A stretch of 33,270 nucleotides of DNA from contig JACPXU010000009.1 in the NCBI GenBank assembly GCA_016196375.1, positions 1 through 33,270 on the forward strand, read 5' to 3'. Positions within the stretch are counted from its first letter, which is position 1; every line of letters begins with the position of its first letter. Below, piece after piece: positions 8,520-17,455 of the stretch. The translations under genes and the position numbers were made by a program. Below the pieces are notes generated by a model, which saw only the letters and a program-made list of their open reading frames with translations, ran no database searches and was not told the DNA's origin. Source of the stretch: Candidatus Omnitrophota bacterium (GTDB taxonomy: Bacteria > Omnitrophota > Gorgyraeia > 1-14-0-20-64-10).

Positions 8520-11103
8520 TCGCCGCACGGGACTCCTCCTTCGGCTGGCCGAGCAGGACAACGCACCGCTGGGGATCCAGGACGGCCCTGGCCAGCTCCT
8601 GGATCTGCTGGGGAGTGGCCTCTTTGACGGCGGCCTCATATCTGTCGGAGGAATCGAACCCGAGGCCGTACAGCTCGTCCAGGCTCGCCTGAGAGGCCAG
8701 CGCCGCCTGGGTCTGCCGGGCCACCCGGCGGGCCCCGAGGAGGCCCTGTTGGGCGCGATGGAACTCCTCGGGCGGGACCGGGGCGGCCCCGAGGCGGCGC
8801 GCCTCATCGATCAGCGCCTGCCGGACCGTCTCGAGCTGGGCCGGCTCCGTGACGGCGTACAGGATGAAGGAGCCGGGATCCACCCCATGGACGCCGAAGG
8901 CCCCGACGGTGTAGGCGAGGCCGCGGCGCTCCCGGACCTCGGTGAACAGCCGCCCCGCCCCGCCGGAAAGGATCGTCTCAATGAGATCCAGATGAGGAAC
9001 CCGGGGATCGGTCACCCGAATCCCAGGGAAGCCGATCAGGATCAGGCCCTCTTTTCTCCCGCTGACCTCCCGGCGCTCCCGCTGGCCGCCGAGCGGCGGC
9101 TCCGGAGCGATCGGGAAGGATCCTCCCTGCGGGGGAGGGAGCTTCTCCAACAAGGGGCGCAGGCGGTCGAGCAGCTCCTGGCGTTTGAAGTCCCCGATCA
9201 CGGCGACCACCATCTCCTTCGGGTCCAGGATCCGACGATAGAATCGGGCCAGATCCTCCCTCTTCAGTGAGGCCAAGGAGTCCGGGTTCCCCGCCGGGTC
9301 CAGGCGGTACGGGTGGACCGTGAAGAGGGAGGCGGCGAGCCGGCGCATCCCCCAGGGGAAAGGATCCTCCTCGCTGGCCTTGAGGGCGGCCAGGGCCAGG
9401 CGCCGCTCCTTCTCAAGCTCCTCCTCGGGAAAGGCCGGCTCCAGGATCAGCTCCCCCAGCAGGTCCGCGGCGCGCGGCAGCTCCGAGGAAACGACCGCCA
9501 GGGTCAGCCCGACGCTGTTTCGCCCGCTCACCGGACTCAGCTCCCCTCCCATCTGCCTGACCAGCCCGATGATCTCCTCGGCGCTCCTCCGGCCGGTCCC
9601 GCGAAGCAGCATCCGGGTGGTGAGGAGTGAGATCCCGTTGGTCCGCTCCGTCTCGTATCGGACCCCTCCCAGCATGGAGAGCTGAAAGGTGACGAGCGGA
9701 ACCCGGTGATCCTCCCTGAGGAGCAGCCTCAGGCCGCTGGGAAGGGTCCGCTTCTCGACCGCCGGCTTGGAAGCGGGCCGGGCGGAAGACGGCCTGAGGA
9801 TGGAAGCGGTCCCCCGCGGAAGGAGCCGGATCGTGGTGGCCCGCTCCAGGTCCAGGTACCGGGCCGCCACCCGCTGAAGATCCTTCAGGTCCACCCGCTG
9901 AACCTCCTCGATGTACCGGGCGGCGAAATGAGGATCGCCGACCAAGGTCTCGAAGGCGGCCAGGTCGGAGGCCTCAGCCCCCACCGCCTGCCGGTCCGCC
10001 ACGTAATCCAGCAGGAGGGCCCGCCTGGCCGCCTCCACCTCGGCCGGAGTGAATGGGCTCCTCCTCGTCTCGTCGAGGCGCGCCCGGAGCTCCTGAAGGG
10101 CCTTCTCCATCCTCTCCGGATCCATCCGCATCTGCACGACGAACAGGCCCTTGGAGGAGGGAGTGTAGTTCGAGCAGCTCACCGAGTGAACGATCCCCGT
10201 TTCCTTCAGGGCCAGATCGAGACGGGAGCCCCGGCCGCCGCCCAAGATCCAGGCGAGGAGGTCCAGGGCGTACAGATCCGGGTCGGTGAGGGGGACGCCG
10301 GGGAATCCAACCGTCACGATCCCATGAGCCGCCTCCACCTCCTCGGTCACCTCCCGCGGGGAAACCGGCTGCGGCTCCTCCGGAACGACCGGGATCTCGA
10401 CGGAGCCGGGCTGGATCCGGGAGGTCAACTCCTCCATCCGCTGGATCACCCCCTCAGCCTCCACGTCTCCCGCCACCCCGATCACGACCCGGTTGGGCAG
10501 GTAGTGGCTCCGATGGTACTCGACGATGTCGTCCCGCGTGAGGCGGCTCAGGATCGGCTCATGCCCGATGATCGGAGCCCGGTACGGATGGACCCGGTAG
10601 GCGTTCTCGAAGAGAAGGTCCCAGGCCACCTGCTCCGGATCGTCCCGGCGCATCTTCAATTCACGGAGCACCACCTGCTGTTCCTTCCTGAACTCCTCCG
10701 GATCCATGCTGGGGGAGAAGAGGGCATCCACGAGAAGATCGGCCGCCTGGGACCAGTACTCCTGGTTCACCACCGCTTGGTAGCTGGTGGTGTCGTAGGT
10801 GGTGAATCCCTGGGTGGTCCCACCGTAGGATCTCGCCTCCTGCTCCACCGCCCCGACCGGCCGCCGGGCCGTCCCCTTGAAGAGCATATGCTCCACCACG
10901 TGGGAGATCCCGCTTCCATAGAACTTCCCCTCGGTGGCCGATCCGGTCCGGACCACGGCGTGAAAGGCGACGAGGGGGTTGGCGTGATCCTCCAGGACGA
11001 GCAGGGTCAAGCCGTTGGGCAGAACGCGGCGGACGACGGGGGGGCGTTCCAGCTCCCGTGCCGGCGAAACCGACGAGGGAATCTCAGGCCCGGGAACCGA
11101 CAT
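8476..11103 (-). CDS. Tandem-duplicated M16 family zinc metallopeptidase (PqqL-like), possibly a lipoprotein
   Basis: The first half has the inverted zinc motif HVVEHMLFKGT. The second half has a degenerate equivalent (TTRMLLRGT). The protein has four M16-type domains and is 875 aa. An in-frame lipoprotein-type signal lies upstream of ATG 11103 (see findings), so the start could be as far up as 11160. Confidence 0.9.
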   Translation of the reverse strand: MSVPGPEIPSSVSPARELERPPVVRRVLPNGLTLLVLEDHANPLVAFHAVVRTGSATEGKFYGSGISHVVEHMLFKGTARRPVGAVEQEARSYGGTTQGFTTYDTTSYQAVVNQEYWSQAADLLVDALFSPSMDPEEFRKEQQVVLRELKMRRDDPEQVAWDLLFENAYRVHPYRAPIIGHEPILSRLTRDDIVEYHRSHYLPNRVVIGVAGDVEAEGVIQRMEELTSRIQPGSVEIPVVPEEPQPVSPREVTEEVEAAHGIVTVGFPGVPLTDPDLYALDLLAWILGGGRGSRLDLALKETGIVHSVSCSNYTPSSKGLFVVQMRMDPERMEKALQELRARLDETRRSPFTPAEVEAARRALLLDYVADRQAVGAEASDLAAFETLVGDPHFAARYIEEVQRVDLKDLQRVAARYLDLERATTIRLLPRGTASILRPSSARPASKPAVEKRTLPSGLRLLLREDHRVPLVTFQLSMLGGVRYETERTNGISLLTTRMLLRGTGRRSAEEIIGLVRQMGGELSPVSGRNSVGLTLAVVSSELPRAADLLGELILEPAFPEEELEKERRLALAALKASEEDPFPWGMRRLAASLFTVHPYRLDPAGNPDSLASLKREDLARFYRRILDPKEMVVAVIGDFKRQELLDRLRPLLEKLPPPQGGSFPIAPEPPLGGQRERREVSGRKEGLILIGFPGIRVTDPRVPHLDLIETILSGGAGRLFTEVRERRGLAYTVGAFGVHGVDPGSFILYAVTEPAQLETVRQALIDEARRLGAAPVPPEEFHRAQQGLLGARRVARQTQAALASQASLDELYGLGFDSSDRYEAAVKEATPQQIQELARAVLDPQRCVVLLGQPKEESRAANEASGELAEAAGKK

Positions 11104-11153
11104 GATCCGACAACCGGTCAGGAAGAAAGCAAGGAGGGAAACGAAGGGCCGCC

Positions 11154-11324
11154 CTAGAATCGCCTGCGGCCTTCTCGCAGCTTGCGCCGCCGGGCGACCG
11201 AGGGCTTCTCGTAGTGCTTGCGCGCCCGGACCACCTTCAGGATCCCTTCCCGTTCGACCTTCTTCTTCAGCCGCCGGAGGGCCTTCTCGAGGGACTCGTG
11301 CTCACGGACTTCAACCACTGGCAT
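11154..11324 (-). CDS. rpsU: 30S ribosomal protein S21 (56 aa; below the ORF-track size cutoff)
   Basis: My own translation is MPVVEVREHESLEKALRRLKKKVEREGILKVVRARKHYEKPSVARRRKLREGRRRF*. It matches the S21 pattern (V.V..nEs.e.ALRRfKr..e.eGil.e.r.r..YEKPs..rr). Confidence 0.9.
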   Translation of the reverse strand: MPVVEVREHESLEKALRRLKKKVEREGILKVVRARKHYEKPSVARRRKLREGRRRF

Positions 11325-11355
11325 GGCGGTATCATACCGAACTCCGGGGCGGGCG

Positions 11356-12006
11356 TCAAGCTCCGTTGCCCTTCCTGTTGCCCTTCCCGGCCCGCTCCAG
11401 CAGCGGCTTCACCACGTTGAAGATCCGATAGGCGATCCTCTCGTAGCCCCGGTCGTTGGGGTGGAGGGTGTCGCTCATCAGGTCCGGTTCCGTCAGGAGC
11501 CCTTCCAGGATGTTCGGGATGAAGGCGGCCCGGCGGCTCCCGGCGAGCCTGGCGTAGTCCGCCCGGTAGGCGTCCCCCACCAGCCCCGGCTGAACCCCGA
11601 CGAGCACCACCATCGCCCCCTTCTCCTGGATCCGGCGGACCATCTCATCCAGATGGGCAAAGACTTCCTCCTTTCGAACCCCATGGAGGAAGTCGTTGCC
11701 GCCGAACTCAACGATGACGAGGAGCGGGTCGCGGGAAAGGACATCCCCCTCAAGCCGCCTCAAGCCCATGTCGGTCGTCTCGCCGGCGACCCCGGCGTTG
11801 ATCACCTCCCGACCAAGGGTCTTGGCGAGAAGGCTGGGATAGTCGTGGCCGGCCGAGGCGCCGACCCCCTCCGTGAGGCTGTCCCCGAAACAGATGATGG
11901 CGGAGCCGGCGGAGTCCAGGTTGGCCACGTCGGGCGGGAAGGAGCAGCCGGCGAGGAGCCCGCCGGCCATGCCCAGCGCGATGAGAAGACGGATCTTGCT
12001 ATTCAC
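11356..12006 (-). CDS. SGNH/GDSL hydrolase (arylesterase/TesA-like) lipoprotein
   Basis: Catalytic blocks FGDSLTEG, GGNDF and DTLHPN are present. The lipobox is LLAGC. Confidence 0.85.
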   Translation of the reverse strand: MNSKIRLLIALGMAGGLLAGCSFPPDVANLDSAGSAIICFGDSLTEGVGASAGHDYPSLLAKTLGREVINAGVAGETTDMGLRRLEGDVLSRDPLLVIVEFGGNDFLHGVRKEEVFAHLDEMVRRIQEKGAMVVLVGVQPGLVGDAYRADYARLAGSRRAAFIPNILEGLLTEPDLMSDTLHPNDRGYERIAYRIFNVVKPLLERAGKGNRKGNGA

Positions 12007-13177
12007 CCAGTTTCTTCAGCGCCTTGTCCAGCAGGCCGCCGATCAGCTCCTCCGCCTTGTTGGAGAAGAGATGGGTGGTGACGTAGCCGACGTCCGGGAC
12101 CACGACGATGCGGGAGAGGTTTCCCTGGACCATGACCGGCAGCTCCAGTCGCCCCTGCGGATCGGTGAGACCCTGAAGCTCCTTGACGCTCTGGATGATC
12201 GCGCCGGAGAGGGCCTGCTCCAGATAGATCCGGGACTGGAGCTGGACCGCTCCCTCCAGGGTCACCTGCCCCACGCCGGTCAGATCAAAGCTGTCTGTGG
12301 AAAGGGTCATCTGTCCGAGGGAGATGGTTCCGTTCTGAACGGCGGCGTTGACCTGGAGCGGCTTGAACAGGGTGTCTCGAGCGCTGAACCGATCCCGGTA
12401 CGACTCCGGCAGGCGGCTCTCGATCGTCTCCGCCAGCCCTGGGATGATCGTGAGACGGGAGAAGACCTCCCGCAGGATGTTCAGGTTCGCCAGCCGCCCC
12501 TGCGTGAGGGTGAAGCTCCCCTGGCCGGTGAGGGTCTTGGAGATCTCCGGCCAACCGGCCCCCTGGAAGCTGCCCTGGAACGACCCGGAGAGCCTCCCTT
12601 GAAGCTGAGGATCGCCGGCGTTTTTGGCCGGGGCCAGCGCCTCAACCGCCAGCCGATCGAGGGAGAGCTTGAAGCTTCCCCTCGGCTTGGAAGGGAAATC
12701 CTCCACCAGGCCGCTGGCGGACACCGTGCCGGAGGCGACCGACGCGGAGAGGGATTTGAGATCGATCCGGTTGGGGTAGATCCCCACCTTCAGCGTGAGA
12801 TCGTCTATGAGGAACGGGGGGGTGGCGTCGCTGAGTCGGATCGCGCTCCCTTGCATCTCGATCCGGTCAATCTGGAGCTCCTTCTTGAGAAGCGGAAGCA
12901 GCTCCAACAGGGCGCTGGCCTCGTCGATCTGGACCGACGGATCCGAGGGGCTCTGGGGACTCGGCTCGATGGAGAGCCCCTTGGCCGCTATCGCGATCCC
13001 CCCCTTCCATGCCAGCTTCAGACGGCCGATCCGGACCGGCCGGCCCAGGGCCTTCTCCATCTGCCGAACGATCACGGGGCGGTATCGGTCCAGGTCGAAC
13101 TTGGCGATGAAGACCGCCAGCCCGATCGCGCCGACGGCGGCCAGCGCCGCCAGGATCAACAGGAGTCTCTTGATCAT
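11999..13177 (-). CDS. AsmA family protein (short form)
   Basis: It has an N-terminal anchor followed by FDLDRYRPVIVRQMEKALGRPVRIGRLKL, the typical AsmA N-terminus, and then a repetitive beta-rich body. Confidence 0.7.
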   Translation of the reverse strand: MIKRLLLILAALAAVGAIGLAVFIAKFDLDRYRPVIVRQMEKALGRPVRIGRLKLAWKGGIAIAAKGLSIEPSPQSPSDPSVQIDEASALLELLPLLKKELQIDRIEMQGSAIRLSDATPPFLIDDLTLKVGIYPNRIDLKSLSASVASGTVSASGLVEDFPSKPRGSFKLSLDRLAVEALAPAKNAGDPQLQGRLSGSFQGSFQGAGWPEISKTLTGQGSFTLTQGRLANLNILREVFSRLTIIPGLAETIESRLPESYRDRFSARDTLFKPLQVNAAVQNGTISLGQMTLSTDSFDLTGVGQVTLEGAVQLQSRIYLEQALSGAIIQSVKELQGLTDPQGRLELPVMVQGNLSRIVVVPDVGYVTTHLFSNKAEELIGGLLDKALKKLGE

Positions 13178-13180
13178 CTG

Positions 13181-13786
13181 CTAGGGTTGCCTCGCCCGCA
13201 GGACCTCGCCGATCTTCGTCGAATGGAGGTGGTGGGAGCAGTAGCCGCCCGGATTCTTCTCGAGGTACTTCTGATGGTACTCCTCCGCCCGGTAAAACGT
13301 CGACGCCGGCACGATCTCGGTGACGATGGGGGCCTGGAAGATCTTGGATTGGTCGAGGATCTGCTTGGCCCTTTCCGCCGCCGCCGCTTGCTCCTTGTCG
13401 TAGAAGAAGACGATGGAGCGGTACTGGCTCCCCACGTCGGGCCCCTGCCGGTTCAGCGTGGTCGGGTCGTGGTACTGCCAGAAGGTGATGAGGAGATCCC
13501 GATAGCTGATCCGCGAGGGGTCGTAGAGGAGCTCAAGGGTCTCCGCGTGGCCGGTCCGGCCGGCGCAGACCTGCTCGTAGGTCGGATCCTTGGCGGTCCC
13601 CCCCATGTATCCCACCGTCGTCGAGACCACCCCATCCATCTGGGAAAATATCTTCTCCACTCCCCAGAAACATCCGGCCGCGAAGGCCGCCTTCTTCAGC
13701 TTCGACTCCATCTGCCCCTCCGCATCACCCTGGAACAGCCCCGCGCAGCCGACCAACGGGATCAGCCACCACCGGCCCGGCCTCAC
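13181..13786 (-). CDS. msrA: Peptide-methionine (S)-S-oxide reductase MsrA, lipoprotein-type signal
   Basis: The active site is GCFWGVE. The N-terminus WWLIPLVGCAG has a lipobox. The GTG start overlaps the qor stop (GTGA). Confidence 0.93.
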   Translation of the reverse strand: MRPGRWWLIPLVGCAGLFQGDAEGQMESKLKKAAFAAGCFWGVEKIFSQMDGVVSTTVGYMGGTAKDPTYEQVCAGRTGHAETLELLYDPSRISYRDLLITFWQYHDPTTLNRQGPDVGSQYRSIVFFYDKEQAAAAERAKQILDQSKIFQAPIVTEIVPASTFYRAEEYHQKYLEKNPGGYCSHHLHSTKIGEVLRARQP

Positions 13787-14757
13787 GGGATCAGCACGAT
13801 GTTCCCATGCGCCGGCGGCTCCATCACCTCCCGGTGCGCGCGGGCCGCCTCAGCCAACGGCAGCTCCTTCCCGACGACGGGGCGCAGGGCCCCGCGGCTC
13901 AGCCCCTGGACCAGATCGGCATGGACCTGGCCGTACTCCTGCGAGGCGACGTTCTTGAGCCTCATCCCCAGAACGGCCGCGTCCCGGACCATCAGATCCC
14001 GAGGGTCGATCTCCACCGTCCCCCGGCTCCCAATCACCACCACCCGGCCGGAGGGAGCGAGGAGCGAAAGATCCTTCCCGAGGTTCCGGTTCGCCAGCAT
14101 CTCCAGGATCAGATCCACTCCACGACCCCCCGTGAGCTTCATGATCTCGTCGAAATGGCGGGGGTCCTGGTGATCCAACAGATGATCCGCCCCCTGTTCC
14201 TTGACCAGCCGCCTTCCCTGCTCGGAGCCGGCCGTCCCGAGGATGGTCAGCTTCGCCTGGCGGGCTAGCTGAACCGCCGCGGTTCCGACCCCGCCGCTGG
14301 CCCCATGGATCAGGACCGTCTCGCCGGGCTGAACCTTCGCCTTCCGGAAGAGGGCCCAGTAGGCGGTCACGTAGGGAATCCCGATGCAGGCCCCCTGTGC
14401 AAAGGAGATCGTCTCCGGCAAGGGGTGGACCTGGATCTCCTCAAAGAGGGCCTTCTCGGCATAGGAGCCGCTCACGCTTCTTGCGCCGTAAACCCTCTCG
14501 CCGACCCGCAGGCGTGTGACCCCCGGACCGACCGCCTCGACGGTCCCCGCCGCGTCGGCCCCCGGCGTGTAGGGGACCTCCGGCGAATAGCCGAAGGTGC
14601 CGGCCCGGACATAGGTGTCGACCGGATTGACCCCGGCCGCCTTCACCTGAACCAGAACCTCGCCGGGCCCGGGCCGGGGATCCTCGGCCTCCTCCAGCTT
14701 CATCATCTCCGGCGGCCCCGTTTGATAAACCCGGACCCGCTTCATCCTTTCCATCAC
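13783..14757 (-). CDS. qor: NADPH:quinone oxidoreductase (zeta-crystallin / MDR family)
   Basis: It has an MDR fold with the GASGGVGTAAVQLA nucleotide-binding motif, lacks the zinc Cys ligands, and is 324 aa. Confidence 0.85.
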   Translation of the reverse strand: MMERMKRVRVYQTGPPEMMKLEEAEDPRPGPGEVLVQVKAAGVNPVDTYVRAGTFGYSPEVPYTPGADAAGTVEAVGPGVTRLRVGERVYGARSVSGSYAEKALFEEIQVHPLPETISFAQGACIGIPYVTAYWALFRKAKVQPGETVLIHGASGGVGTAAVQLARQAKLTILGTAGSEQGRRLVKEQGADHLLDHQDPRHFDEIMKLTGGRGVDLILEMLANRNLGKDLSLLAPSGRVVVIGSRGTVEIDPRDLMVRDAAVLGMRLKNVASQEYGQVHADLVQGLSRGALRPVVGKELPLAEAARAHREVMEPPAHGNIVLIP

Positions 14758-14758
14758 C

Positions 14759-15850
14759 TCAGAACGGGATGCCGAAGGTCAGGTGGAGGTGGGAGGTGGA
14801 ATCGTCATCCTCCCGGGCCAGGTTCACCCCGTAGTCGGCCCGGGCGACCCCCTGGACCTCCCAGATCTTGACGACGTAGCGCAGCCCCGCTCCGACACCG
14901 TAGCCGAAGTCGCCGACCTCGGAGAAGCGCCGGTAGGCCCGCCCGACGTCGAAGAAGGCGGCTACGGAGAGCCGGCGATGGAACCGCTCCTTGAAGATCG
15001 GCAGGCGGGCCTCGACGTTGTTGAGGAGCTCCAGCTTCCCGCCGACAAACTGGTCGTCGTTCCCCCGGGGAGTCAGCCACCGGCCCCGATGGCCCCGGAC
15101 GGTGCTGGCGCCTCCAACGAAGTATCGCTCGAAGAAGGGGACCTCGTCGGTGGAGCCGAAGCTCTCCAGCCAACCGACCCGCAGGTGCTCGACGAAGGTG
15201 AGCTCCCCCCACCATCTGCCGGCGGCTGGCGAGCCGAGCGGAGTGGCATAGAGGGAGAAGTCGGACTCGAGCCGGCCGAAGTTGTAATCGCCGCCCCATC
15301 CCCGCAGGGCCATCTCCCCTTTGAGCCGGGCCCGGTAGCCGGCGGTCGGATAGAAGGGGTCATCCCGCTGATCCCGCTTGAGGGCCAGCCCCAGGGCGCT
15401 CACGGTGCTCAAGCCCCGGACGGTCCGGAAGGCGGCGTCCGCGTCGGCGCTGACATTGAAGACGCTATAGTCATCCAGCCGGTAGAAAGCCGACAGGTCG
15501 GTCGCCTCATCCAGCGCCGCGCCCAGGCCGACCTCGCCCCCCCAGTGGTGAAGGTCATAAGGGAGCAGCCTCTCCTGGCCCACGCGGCCCTCACCGGCGA
15601 AAAACAGAGGCCCATTGAAAAGCCGCCGGGCCTGAAGGCCGACGCTCAGCTCCTGAGCGTCACCGGAGAGATCTCCGGAGCCGTGAACCTTGACCCTCCC
15701 AAAGCCATGCTCCACCTCGGCGGCGCCGGAAGCGCGGCCGGCCGTCTGCTCCGCCTCCTCGGCCCGCAGCGGAGCCACGCCGACCGCCAGCAGAAGAAAC
15801 CCGGCGACAACCCATCTGCCACCCATCGGGGCGATCACCTTATTCGGCAT
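14759..15850 (-). CDS. Omp85/BamA-superfamily outer-membrane beta-barrel (surface antigen D15 domain only, no POTRA seen)
   Basis: It has a signal peptide. It carries FFERYFVGGASTVRGH, GGKLELLNNVEARLPI and AAFFDVGRAY..GYGVGAGLRY, and ends in a C-terminal Phe (TFGIPF). Confidence 0.8.
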   Translation of the reverse strand: MPNKVIAPMGGRWVVAGFLLLAVGVAPLRAEEAEQTAGRASGAAEVEHGFGRVKVHGSGDLSGDAQELSVGLQARRLFNGPLFFAGEGRVGQERLLPYDLHHWGGEVGLGAALDEATDLSAFYRLDDYSVFNVSADADAAFRTVRGLSTVSALGLALKRDQRDDPFYPTAGYRARLKGEMALRGWGGDYNFGRLESDFSLYATPLGSPAAGRWWGELTFVEHLRVGWLESFGSTDEVPFFERYFVGGASTVRGHRGRWLTPRGNDDQFVGGKLELLNNVEARLPIFKERFHRRLSVAAFFDVGRAYRRFSEVGDFGYGVGAGLRYVVKIWEVQGVARADYGVNLAREDDDSTSHLHLTFGIPF

Positions 15851-16550
15851 CCGCCCGCTGCCGGTACTGGACGAGGAACTCGTAATCGGCCCGCGACTCC
15901 TTCATCTCCTTCGGAAACGGAGGGTACGGGGCGGCGGAGCGGGCCCCGTTCAAGGCGGTCAAGCCAAGCAACGGGTCGGAGGCCTGAGAAACGGAAGATT
16001 CCTGGAGCGCGCCATCCGGCCCAAGGACCAGGTGGAGGTGGACGGTCCCCGGGTTCCAACCGGCCGGATAGGAGAGCTGGCTCTTCAGGTGCTGCCGAAC
16101 CAGCCGCTTATGCTGAACAACGGCGAACTCCCGCTCGGGCAGACTGGAGAGACCGGCTGACTGCGCCGGGGCGCGTGGCGGCGCATCCGCCAGCGCCGGC
16201 CGCTGCGTGGCTGCCGCTAGCGGAAGCGGCACCACTTGGCCCTCCTGCCTCGCCGGGGCGCGTGGCGGCGTATCCGCTAGCGCCGGCCGCTGCGTGGCTG
16301 CCGCTAGCGGAAGCGGCACCACTTGGCCCTCCTGCCTCGCCGGGGCGCGTGGCGGCGCACCCGCCAGCGCCGGCCGAACCGCCTCCCGGACCGGCATCGG
16401 CCTCGCCGGGATCGGGCCGTCGCCAGGCATGAGGGTCACCTCAATGGACTGGAGCGCCTGGCGAGGCGGGACCAGCCCCTGCGGAGGATGAAGAGCCATC
16501 AGGCCGAAGTGGAACGCGGCGGAGCAGACAACGGCGGATCTCAGATTCAA
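15840..16550 (-). CDS. Divergent TonB-family protein with a tandem-repeat Pro/Ala linker
   Basis: It has one TM segment (SAVVCSAAFHFGLMAL), a Pro-rich linker, and a TonB_C-like end (SYPAGWNPGTVHLHLVLGPDGAL...ALNGARSAAPYPPFP). The likely TTG start at 16550 overlaps the upstream stop (TTGA). The rest of the 327-aa track ORF overlaps the BtuF-like gene. Confidence 0.65.
   Translation of the reverse strand: MNLRSAVVCSAAFHFGLMALHPPQGLVPPRQALQSIEVTLMPGDGPIPARPMPVREAVRPALAGAPPRAPARQEGQVVPLPLAAATQRPALADTPPRAPARQEGQVVPLPLAAATQRPALADAPPRAPAQSAGLSSLPEREFAVVQHKRLVRQHLKSQLSYPAGWNPGTVHLHLVLGPDGALQESSVSQASDPLLGLTALNGARSAAPYPPFPKEMKESRADYEFLVQYRQRADAE
16164..16376. repeat. 87-bp tandem repeat, about 2.4 copies, in frame (29 aa per unit) in the TonB-like linker
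   Basis: Units start at 16164, 16251 and 16338 (CGCCGGGGCGCGTGGCGGCG...). At protein level they read PALA(G/D)(A/T)PPRAPARQEGQVVPLPLAAATQR twice plus a partial unit. Confidence 0.9.
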
Positions 16551-17455
16551 AGGAGTGGCCGGGCCTGAGAGGCCGGCGGGACCGGGAACAGATCCGGCTG
16601 GAAAAGGGAGGCCATCAGCCTCAACCCCTTGACCAGCCGCGGGCCGGGACGGTGAAAGAGGGAGGTCTCCACCGCGTAGACACGCTTGGCCTTGACCGCG
16701 CTGAGCCGCTCCCATCCGGGAAGCCGGCTCAGGAGATGGATCTCCTTCCGGGTCCGGCCCATCGTGAAGGAACAGGGCATCACGAGGATCACCTCCGGGT
16801 CCACCCGGCGAACCTCCTGCCAATCGATCCGGCCGGAGTCCTCTCCCACCCTGCCGAACGGATCCTCACCGCCCGCCATGGAGACCATCTCAGGGATCCA
16901 ATGCCCCGCCGCGAGGAGCGGGTCCAGCCACTCGGCGCACCAGACCCGCGGCCGATGCCTGACCCGTTCCACCCGGCGGCGAATCTCCTCCAGCTCCTTC
17001 CGCAGCCGGCCGACCAGGACCGACGCCCCCTTTTCCCGGCCGGTGGCGGCTCCCAAGGTTTCAATCGAGTCGAACAGCTCCTCGAAACGGCGGGCGCAGA
17101 TGCTGACGGCCTTCGGCCGACGGGGAAGCTGCCGGATCGCCTCCACCACCTCCGGGTGGCTGGCGGCGCAGACGTTGCAGAGCTCCTGCGTCACCACCAG
17201 GTCCGGCTGCAGCCGCTTCAGGAGCGGCAGATCGATACGGTAATGGTGCTCTCCCTTTCGGCGCAGTTCCTGAACGGCCTCATCAATCCCTTTGCTGGAG
17301 AGACGCTCGGAAGGGATCCGGCTCCTCACCACGATCGGCTTGGAAAGCGCCCCGTCCGGGTAGTCGCAGCGCTCGCTGCGGCCCACGACCGACCGGCCGC
17401 AGCCGATCGCGTACAGCAGCTCCGTCGCCGAGGAGAAGAAGGAGCAGATCCTCAC
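16547..17455 (-). CDS. BtuF-like cobalamin/siderophore-type substrate-binding protein (PF01497-like), no signal peptide
   Basis: It carries RICSFFSSATELLYAIGCGRSVVGRSERCDYP, the typical class III SBP N-terminus. GTG 17455 overlaps the upstream stop (GTGA). No hydrophobic leader appears in any in-frame extension. Confidence 0.75.
   Translation of the reverse strand: MRICSFFSSATELLYAIGCGRSVVGRSERCDYPDGALSKPIVVRSRIPSERLSSKGIDEAVQELRRKGEHHYRIDLPLLKRLQPDLVVTQELCNVCAASHPEVVEAIRQLPRRPKAVSICARRFEELFDSIETLGAATGREKGASVLVGRLRKELEEIRRRVERVRHRPRVWCAEWLDPLLAAGHWIPEMVSMAGGEDPFGRVGEDSGRIDWQEVRRVDPEVILVMPCSFTMGRTRKEIHLLSRLPGWERLSAVKAKRVYAVETSLFHRPGPRLVKGLRLMASLFQPDLFPVPPASQARPLL

Noticed and set aside
9706-11157. 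483-aa plus-strand ORF
   Set aside because: It lies antisense to the M16 peptidase gene. It is low-complexity, Arg/Pro/Gly-rich, and has no motifs.
11873-14173. 766-aa plus-strand ORF, the longest on the plus strand
   Set aside because: It spans the antisense of four well-supported minus-strand genes (GDSL hydrolase, AsmA-like, msrA, qor). No domain is recognisable. It is a GC3-driven open frame.
16164-16376. Possible CRISPR array
   Set aside because: The repeats are directly adjacent 87-bp units with no unique spacers. They lie in frame within a coding region, and no cas genes are present.
14783-16432. 549-aa plus-strand ORF
   Set aside because: It lies antisense to the Omp85-type barrel and the TonB-like gene. 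Part of it merely translates the 87-bp tandem repeat in another frame.
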